Assembly (NCBI GenBank): GCA_963713605.1
Contig: CAVQMO010000010.1
Coordinates: 576,001 to 640,000, forward strand
Length of the DNA stretch: 64,000 nucleotides
Direction: 5' to 3'
From: an uncultured Nitrososphaerales archaeon
GTDB taxonomy: Archaea > Thermoproteota > Nitrososphaeria > Nitrososphaerales > Nitrososphaeraceae
Within the stretch, counting starts at the first letter, position 1. Every line of letters begins with the position of its first letter. A model generated the notes under the pieces. It searched no databases, was not told where the DNA came from, and saw only the letters and a list, made by a program, of their open reading frames with translations. Positions 56,147 through 64,000 of this stretch are shown in pieces. The translations under genes were made by a program, and so were the position numbers.

Positions 56147-56306
56147 TCTTTGGGTGGCAGTAAGAGGCCTGGTTCCAATATGCCTTCGTCGCGGTGCAAG
56201 AAGAGGCATTGTGACTATCAAATTAAAGGTCTAAGTTGTATTTAGCGCCGTCTAAAGTCCGCAAAATAAAGGTTTAAACGTCCATGTTAACAATTAAGTT
56301 CTTCGA

Positions 56307-56774
56307 TTGACCGAGCCAAATTTTTTGAATATTGTAGTAGCAATTGATGGTTCAGAACCATCATTTGATGCAGCTGGTTATGCAATTAGTCTTGCTGAAT
56401 TGTACCATTCTCAATTAACAGCATTGTATGTGGTATCTGCTCGGGTCCACAGTGATTTCGATTCAGATATGCCTGAAGAAAAAATGCCAGATCAAATTAA
56501 GAAAATCATGAATGAGGCAAAAAAAGAATCTGGACCATGGTTTAACAGAATTAGGAGCGCAATGGACAATGAAAGTTTGATCGATTTTCGTACAATGATT
56601 ATAGTGAGCTCCGTGAAAGTTTCGGGAGTTATCGTCAACTTTTCCGAAGATGCTAAAGCAGACCTCATAGTAATAGGTACACGCGGGAGGTCTGGCTTTA
56701 GAAGGCTTCTTTTAGGAAGTGTTGCCTCTGATACCGTAATGTACGCGCATTGCCCTGTATTGGTCGTAAAGTGA
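56307..56774 (+). CDS. Universal stress protein (UspA family)
   Basis: IVVAIDGSE, DLIVIGTRGRSG...LLGSVA...AHCPVLVV. Confidence 0.93.
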   Translation: MTEPNFLNIVVAIDGSEPSFDAAGYAISLAELYHSQLTALYVVSARVHSDFDSDMPEEKMPDQIKKIMNEAKKESGPWFNRIRSAMDNESLIDFRTMIIVSSVKVSGVIVNFSEDAKADLIVIGTRGRSGFRRLLLGSVASDTVMYAHCPVLVVK

Positions 56775-56797
56775 GTGCCAGACATCAGTCTCATGTT

Positions 56798-57309
56798 TTA
56801 CTCAAGAGGACGATGATTAGCACCCATCCTATCTATCTTGATTTGCACCTCTCCATCGGTACTTTGGTTTTACTGCTAATTGGGCCGGTGTATATATCAG
56901 GTGCTCCTTTGTGAAGGCTGATAACTCGTAGTCATCTGTCATGTACAAGGCATAAAATGGGCAGGCGTCAACACATAATCCACAAAAGACGCATTTTCCA
57001 TAATCGATTTGTGGCATGATGGCTTTCTTATTATGCTTCCACTGTTCATCAACTTTGACCATTCCAATAGCTTCTGCTATACCTTCGCATGCAATGGCAC
57101 ATAACTGACATCCGGTACATTTATCATGAAAAAGAATATGTCTTCCTCTATATCCTGCTATACCTACACCACGCTTTGGATCAAACTGATATCCATCGCC
57201 TACAAATTTCAATTTCTCCTCTGGATATCTAAAGGTAAACCTCTTGATCAAAAGATGTTTTGATCCAGATTCAATAGTTTTGATAAATCCACTAGCTGTA
57301 TCTACTCAA
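56798..57309 (-). CDS. nuoI: NADH-quinone oxidoreductase subunit I, 2x[4Fe-4S], stand-alone (frameshifts at ~57301 and ~56858)
   Basis: RYPEEK, GYRGRH, CTGCQLCAIAC, IDYGKCVFCGLCVDACP; repaired termini MSSTASGFIK... and KPKYDGEVQIKI. Confidence 0.9.
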
Positions 57310-57578
57310 TTCGTAGCAGTAATGATATGTATTACATTGAAGTATATAAGCGATCCCAAGATGCAGGTTCAGACCACTTTTCATGATGGTCAAGCTATAT
57401 TCCAGTTATAGCATGTCCTAACTAACAATAGTAAGAAATAATAATTTGCTACAAGCGATAGTAGGCCATTTAGAGTTCGCACATATCATTTCAGTTGGGA
57501 AACATACCTCGTTTTTAGATTTACTAGAAGATAACGTCTTAATAGCATTATAATTTAATTCTAAAGCGTCACTATAAA

Positions 57579-58791
57579 ATGCCTAAAGATTACCTTAGCA
57601 AGGGAAGATTCGGAAGATACGGGGGATGCTATATCCCTGAAACGCTGGTTCCACCAATCCAGGAACTAGAAAGGGCATACGCTAAATGTAAGAAAGATCC
57701 TCTGTTTAAAAGTCAGCTTCGCTATTATCTAAGTGAATATGCAGGAAGGCCAACACCGCTTTATTTTGCAAAAAATCTAACTCATTACATAGGCGGTGCC
57801 AGGATCTACCTAAAGAGAGAAGATCTGTTACACGGAGGAGCTCATAAAATTAACAATACCTTGGGCCAGGCATTATTGGCTAAAAGGATGGGAAAAAAAA
57901 GGATCATAGCAGAAACAGGTGCAGGGCAACATGGGGTTGCAACATCAATTGCGTGTGGCAGCACTCAATCTGAACGCAGAAGTTTACATGGGTCTCAAAG
58001 ACACCCAGAGGCAAAGCCAGAACGTACTTAGGATGCAGCTACTTGGTGCTATAGTCCATGAAGTTAGTTCTGGAAGTCAAACCTTGAAAGATGCCATAAA
58101 TGAAGCATTAAGGGATTGGATATTGAATGTTGAAGATACATATTATTTGATTGGATCTGTGGTGGGACCACATCCTTATCCAACAATAGTGCGGGATTTC
58201 CAGAGCGTGATAGGAAGTGAGATTAAAAGCCAGGCAATAGAAAAATTCGGACGACTCCCGGACGCTGTAGTTGCTTGTGTTGGAGGGGGTAGTAACGCCA
58301 TCGGAAGCTTCTACCCTCTCCTTAAGAAAGGAGAGGTTTCGCTCTATGGAGTCGAGGCCGGTGGAAAAGGGTTAAGCACGCTAAAGCACTCTGCTAGTTT
58401 AAATGCCGGAACTGTCGGGGTTTTACACGGAATGAGGAGCTACCTTTTGCAAGACAAGTTTGGTCAAGTACTCAATACCCATAGCATTTCAGCGGGCCTC
58501 GACTACCCAGGAGTCGGACCAGAACATGCGTATCTTAAAGATATTCGGAGAGCAAAGTATGTAAGTTGTACAGATCGTGATGCAATCAACGCCTTTAAGG
58601 CACTGTGTAAATATGAAGGGATCATTCCAGCTCTGGAATCATCTCACGCGTTGGCTTATGCTATGAAGCTTGCTAAGAAAATAGGACGAAGTAAGAATAT
58701 AGTTGTGACTCTATCTGGCCGAGGTGACAAAGACATCAATATTCTTTTGGAATGTAATGAAATTTCACGAAATGGAATGAAATCAAAATAA
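57579..58791 (+). CDS. trpB: Tryptophan synthase beta chain, TrpB1 (frameshift at ~57957)
   Basis: [52 protein letters not shown]. Confidence 0.95.
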
Positions 58792-59623
58792 TGGCTATAA
58801 AAAATAAGGATGATCGGATTGGTAAAAAGTTTAGTGACTTAAGAGAAAGAAAACAGGCAGCTTTGATCTGTTATATGGTAGCAGGCTTCCCCGACTTAAA
58901 AACGATGTACTTCTGTTATTGAGACATTGGTTAAAGCAGGAGCAGACATGATTGAAATAGGAATCCCTTTTTCCGATCCTATAGCTGATGGCCCAACTAT
59001 TCAGGAAGCCTCATACCATGCATTAACTCATGGAGTTAGGCCTCAACAGTGTATTGCATTAGCTAGGGCTACCAGGAAGATATTTCCCGACTTACCACTC
59101 ATTCTTATGACTTATAGCAATATCTTGTACCGTGCAGGATTTGAGCACTTTATGTGTAAAGCCAGAGATTCAGGTATTGATGGGTTTATTTTACCTGATA
59201 TGTCAATAGAGGAATCAGAGGAATACACCAGAATCTCTCACGAGCTTGGGTTGGCTTCCATTTTCATAGTTTCTCCAAACACAGAAGATAACCGTGTACG
59301 AAGAATTATGAATGCTTCTACAGGCTTCATGTACGCCGTCTCAGTTTATGGTGTCACAGGTGTCAGAAATACGCTTTATGATCGTTCCATAAAAAGGATA
59401 GTTGAACTTCGAAAGAATTCAAATCCCTATCTTCCGGTCGCTGTAGGCTTTGGAGTGCAAAAACCAGGATCATGTTTCCATGATGGTTGCAGCTGGTGCC
59501 GACGCGATAATTATGGGGAGCGCCCTGGTAAATATTATAAAAACAGCAGAGAAGAATCCAAAAATGTTAAATGACCTCTACGATTTAGTTCGTCGTATGA
59601 AGAATGCCTGTCGTCACCAGTAA
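58791..59623 (+). CDS. trpA: Tryptophan synthase alpha chain (frameshifts at ~58911 and ~59468)
   Basis: IEIGIPFSDPIADGPTIQ, MTYSN, GVTG, VGFG, repaired GADAIIMGSA; the start overlaps the trpB stop. Confidence 0.93.
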
Positions 59624-59694
59624 TCTTCTCAGGAACCATTGTCAACCGATATGCCGAACAGTGCTTAAGGAAGCCAGCCATCATCGAAATAAAA

Positions 59695-60507
59695 ATGAAT
59701 GAGCAAGACCTTCAGAAACTGTTTATTGAATCACTTCTTTCAGGTGAAATCCAAGGGATGGATGAAATAATTGACATACCATCACTTCAGAAAGCAGAAA
59801 GAATAGTAAGAATAAAGAAAGAAGCTTACTTCAGATATTTTGATCTCGTTATCGGTGTCATCAGCTTGCAAAGAAATTTGCCAACGCAAATAAAGGTTGA
59901 ATCAATTGACATGTATGATAGATACCAGAACCTGATAATGCGTACTTCAGAATTACTTGCCTTTGCTAGGGAAGAGAATTGCCGGGTTGATTTGGTTGAT
60001 TTGATTCCTGTAGAATTTAAATCTGATAATGATTCACTTGATGAAAGACTTCCTAGGCAGGTTATCAATGCGATATTGGCTTTCGGACGATCTGTTGTAG
60101 TTTTTGACAAGAGACACACTGCGAGAATTCAAAAATACGGATTATTCAGATTATTGCCTGCTTCCATAATCGGATATTCGATTGACAATAAGTTCAAGGT
60201 GATTTCGTTGAACAAACGTATCGTTGGGGATTCTTTAGTCAAGCCTCAAAAATCTGTGATTGCGAAAATACTTAGTGATAACGGCTTAATGGATAATCTT
60301 ACAGCCATTTATTCGCACATAGATATGACCCAGAGGATCTATCTAAAAATGCTCTTCAACCAAATATTTGAGGAAAAGATTGATCTTTTGCAAGAAGAGA
60401 TAGAATTTCTCTCTGGGCTCAATAAGAATCCGAAATTTTATGCAAAGGAGCAGATAAAAAAAATTGTAAGAGAAAGCATGAATCGAAAAATTACCGATTA
60501 TGCATAA
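59695..60507 (+). CDS. Hypothetical protein, possible PD-(D/E)xK-like fold
   Basis: 270-aa intact ORF; FDLVI...IPVEFKSDND...RLPRQ pattern is suggestive only. Confidence 0.55.
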   Translation: MNEQDLQKLFIESLLSGEIQGMDEIIDIPSLQKAERIVRIKKEAYFRYFDLVIGVISLQRNLPTQIKVESIDMYDRYQNLIMRTSELLAFAREENCRVDLVDLIPVEFKSDNDSLDERLPRQVINAILAFGRSVVVFDKRHTARIQKYGLFRLLPASIIGYSIDNKFKVISLNKRIVGDSLVKPQKSVIAKILSDNGLMDNLTAIYSHIDMTQRIYLKMLFNQIFEEKIDLLQEEIEFLSGLNKNPKFYAKEQIKKIVRESMNRKITDYA

Positions 60508-60623
60508 TCGCTGCTTTATGTTACTTGGTGTTGTGGTAAATGACATGAATTATCTACTTAGAAAGAGAAGAAGAGTACCGCATCTGAATTATTAAATGAT
60601 GGCAAGACAAAATATAGGTTAAT

Positions 60624-60947
60624 TTATGGCGTCACAATTCCAGAAGAATCTGTGGCAAACAAGATATTATTTATGGTAACCTGAAACTTGTGCCCGTTTC
60701 TTTCAACTATAACTTCTATATCGTCAAGGGAATCAGATATTTCTGTACCCTCAATTCGAGCAATCACTACATGAAGTGATTCATGGGCAATTAACGAATC
60801 CATGTAAGGCTCTATCTCATCGAAATCGCTTGAGCCTCTCCTAGCTGTTTCGCGGGATGTGATAACTACCATAGTGGTTCCCTCATATGTGAAGTAAGCA
60901 GGGGAATTATCGATAGCACACGCGAATGCGAAATCATTTATTGGCAA
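60624..60947 (-). CDS. Conserved hypothetical protein with HExxH motif
   Basis: LIAHESLHVVI in a 107-aa ORF. Confidence 0.6.
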   Translation of the reverse strand: MPINDFAFACAIDNSPAYFTYEGTTMVVITSRETARRGSSDFDEIEPYMDSLIAHESLHVVIARIEGTEISDSLDDIEVIVERNGHKFQVTINNILFATDSSGIVTP

Positions 60948-61050
60948 TGGTCAATAAAGTTTGCATCATATGCTATATATACAAACAGATCTATAGGTGT
61001 TTTGCGATATAATATGGAAGAATTGCTACTTGTTAACAAATTATGGAGTT

Positions 61051-63586
61051 TCAGATGACGAAATACTCAGCCTCAGGATGGTGGACTACAATTGCCGCAG
61101 TTGATTGGTCAGGAATTATTTGCCCGGCTTCCGTAAGGAATATCTCTGACATAGACGGATCCAACAGTTTCCAAACTAGGTGATGTTGGGCAACATCTGG
61201 GCAGCTTGGATAGCCCCAACTATACCTCAATCCCCTTGGCGGAGCGATATTCAAGTCATACCTAATTCTGTGATTAACCCATTCTGCCAACGCTTCAGCT
61301 GTTTCGACAGCAAGACCATGCAGATAGTAAGCGTCGGTGTATCTATTTTCCAGGTTCCACTCCTCAATAACTGAGCTAGCTCTTTTTCCTACGGTAACCA
61401 CCTGAAATGCTACTATGTCGTTTTTACCAAAGTAATCTGTAATGCACAAGTGTTTCTCCAATGATGATCTCGGAAAATCAAAACCTACCTCTCCAGTACC
61501 ATTTGGAATCTCTACCTGAAGCACGTTGTTACTACTGTGACATTTGAAATATCCATAAACGACGTTACACGCAAACAATTTCTGCTTCATAACCCTGTCT
61601 TGCCATTCTATTAGCAAGGCTTCGGGATCCGTCTCTGTCTTGTTGATGGATTTACCCCGCATTCCCCACGACAATACGAATAGAGATTTTTTGTTTAGAA
61701 ACTTCCATACCTCGTAAAGATCGATATTATTCTGACCGATTCTGATAATCTTGTTAATGTGAGGGGGCTTTGGTGGTATGACTGGGACTATCTTGCTATG
61801 AGGAAACACTTCAGCCTTTTTAGTATAAGAAATATTGTCTTTCCATTTACTCAATTTGTACTTCCAGTCAGACAAGAACGATTCCTTTTGATCTGACGTA
61901 ATACTATTCATTACTTTTAATCCATCGAACGCTGTCTTACAGTAGAACACACCGGTATCATAGATTCCTCCATCCTTTGCTATCCGATTTATGTAATTGC
62001 TATTTATTGCAGCTCCTCCACAGAGAATAGGAATCTTAATGTCATTTGTTCTTGCATACTCAACAAAATATTGCATCTGCTTCGAAGTTGAAACTAGCAA
62101 TGCAGACAATCCTATGGCGTCAGGTTTCACCTCCTTTATCTTATCTACTATAGTCTGAAGCCCTACTTGTTTACCAAGGTCATAAACGGTATACCCGTTA
62201 TTGGTCACGATGGTCTTTACCAGGTTTTTCCCGATATCATGAACATCACCGTAAACGGTACAGAGTACCAATTTACCCTTAGTAACCCCTTCCTGTTTGA
62301 TCAGATACTTCTCCAATTCTGCAACTGCTGCCTTCATACATTCTGCAGATTTGAGAACAAAAGGCAGGATGATTTCACCGGCACCAAATTTATCGCCTAC
62401 CTCTTTCATGGCAGGAAGTAGAACTTCATTCAGGGTTCTGACAGCTGAATCGTGTGCAATCTTACTAGAACAGTGTAGGGTCTTGTGAGAAACTCCAAAT
62501 TCATCAATCTTATCTTCCAATACTGCATCATAATTCTTGTCACATCTTTCGGCGATAGCAGCAACGACGTCGTTTTCAATTCCTTCCTTCAGTCTATTTA
62601 CAATGCGGAAGTAGCATCTCCGGCCGGCGTCCCACGAGGGATCTACATCTAGTCTGCTGGTTGATTTACTATAATTATCTGTATTCGATGACAGTTCGAA
62701 ATAAGAAATAAAATCACTTAGCGAATTATTATTTCGATTAAATATCAGATCTTCGGCTAGCTTTTTCTCGTGCGAACTAATAGAAGCATAAGGTATTACA
62801 TCCTTTGCATTAACAATGACGGTATCTAAACCATATTGCAATGCGTGGTAAAGGAAGACGGAATTAAGGATCTTCCTGGCATTATGAGCTAAACCAAAGC
62901 TCACATTGCTAAGTCCTAACGTTGTGAAGCTTTCTGGAAATCTCTTCTTTACTCGTCGTATCCCATCCAGCGTATCTTTTGCTGAATTTACAAATTCGCT
63001 CTCTCCTGTAGCTAAAGTGAAAGTTAAAACATCAAATAGATACTGCCAGGGCTTTAAATCATATTTCTCGCCAGTACCTAAAAAGGAGCTCAGCAGTCTT
63101 AACTTTTTCTTCTGCAGTCTTTGCCATTCCTTGAGGACCGATACACATGGCAATTGCTGGAACACCAAATCCCCTCATAAGCGGAGCTAGTTTATGAAAT
63201 CGATTTCCATCTCCTTCGAGATTTATGGAGTTTATTATGGGTTTTCCAGGTATTTGTCTTAGCGCGGATTCAACAACAAGCGGATCGGTAGAATCTATGA
63301 CTAAGGGAGCCTCAATTTCGATGCTAAGCTTCTTCACCAGTTTCGTCATGAATTCCATTTCGTCTGAGCGTTCAGTTGTAGCTACGCACACATCTAGGCA
63401 ATGAGCTCCGTCTTCAACTTGGGTTCTAGCCAATCTAAGGAGTCCGTCAAAGTCATTATTGAGAACTAAATCCTTGGCTCTCTTTGACCCTTGAGTGTTG
63501 AGTCTTTCCCCTATAATTAAAGGAGGTGGATTCTGAACGATATCTACAGCCTTCAATGCTGAACTAACTCGCGGTGTTATTGACAT
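61051..63586 (-). CDS. metH: Cobalamin-dependent methionine synthase: pterin-binding, B12-binding and reactivation domains (frameshift at ~63079)
   Basis: IIGERLN, IDST, INSINLE, GLSNVSFG, GDVHDIGKN, RYSWGYPSCPD. Confidence 0.93.
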
Positions 63587-63659
63587 TTCCTATAATCCTT
63601 CAATCAAGGTTAATTTTCATAAACAAAGAATCAGAAGATAGATAGTGTATCAAATACGT

Positions 63660-64000
63660 TTAGTCATTCGGGGTAGTAAATCCTTCTTCCTTCAACATTT
63701 CCCTTAGTTTGTTAATATGTAGAGGAGTCGTGCCGCAACAACCACCAATAATCCTGATTCTGCTAAATTGTTTGATGAATCCGCGCATTTTTAGGGACAT
63801 GTCTTCAGGAGTCATCTTGTATACTGCCTTTCCACCGACATTTTGTGGCATCCCCGCGTTGGGAACTACTAGAATAGGTAGACCGTGCTGTTCATCCAAC
63901 CATCTTATACTTGGAAGCATTTCCTCAGGGCCGGTTGAACAGTTGAGACCAAAAATGTCTATGCCCATGTCACAAACTGTCGTATATGCTGCTTTGTACG
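63660..64000 (-). CDS. metH: Methionine synthase homocysteine-binding domain (separate gene, runs off the window)
   Basis: GLNCSTGP, PNAGMP, IGGCCGTTP; has its own stop 74 bp before the next gene. Confidence 0.9.
   Translation of the reverse strand, partial: YKAAYTTVCDMGIDIFGLNCSTGPEEMLPSIRWLDEQHGLPILVVPNAGMPQNVGGKAVYKMTPEDMSLKMRGFIKQFSRIRIIGGCCGTTPLHINKLREMLKEEGFTTPND

Noticed and set aside
55935..56234. 99-aa plus-strand ORF
   Set aside because: Antisense to the integrase-like relic and has no features of its own.
61051..64000. Split metH as an error or novelty
   Set aside because: A separately encoded homocysteine-binding domain is a known arrangement, and this one has a clean stop and spacer.

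Overview
Genomic window from an ammonia-oxidising archaeon (Nitrososphaerota, most likely a soil Nitrososphaeraceae member). This call rests on the LysW-type arg/lys operon, stand-alone cdvC, PolB1, rpS26e, split metH, EF-1alpha-rpS10, cdc6 and lineage-typical small proteins. Most of it is housekeeping: tfb, dph5, lys/arg cluster, NAD kinases, tRNA-Ile, ppa, ileS, tuf, polB, agmatinase, thrS, pyrG, trpBA, metH. More than 30 frameshifts split essential genes. Repaired by eye, nearly all sit in or beside GCNGC, AGCT, GTAC or GATC, which points to methylation-induced long-read consensus errors (a readable methylome footprint) rather than gene decay. The best candidate for an undescribed system is at 33.8-43.5 kb. 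A large secreted discoidin/Ig-like/Pro-linker protein is followed by two ATP-grasp ligases, a PHP hydrolase, a divergent BshC-like ligase and a truncated NDP-sugar dehydrogenase carrying a ~110-aa low-complexity insert; I infer an amide-forming glycan or small-molecule pathway. Also notable: an unannotated LysW ending EDWGQ instead of EDWGE, relics of a viral terminase and an integrase around cdc6 (47.7-56.3 kb), and NAD-kinase-wHTH and HTH-B12-domain putative sensors. All protein family calls come from motif recognition by eye; no searches were run.
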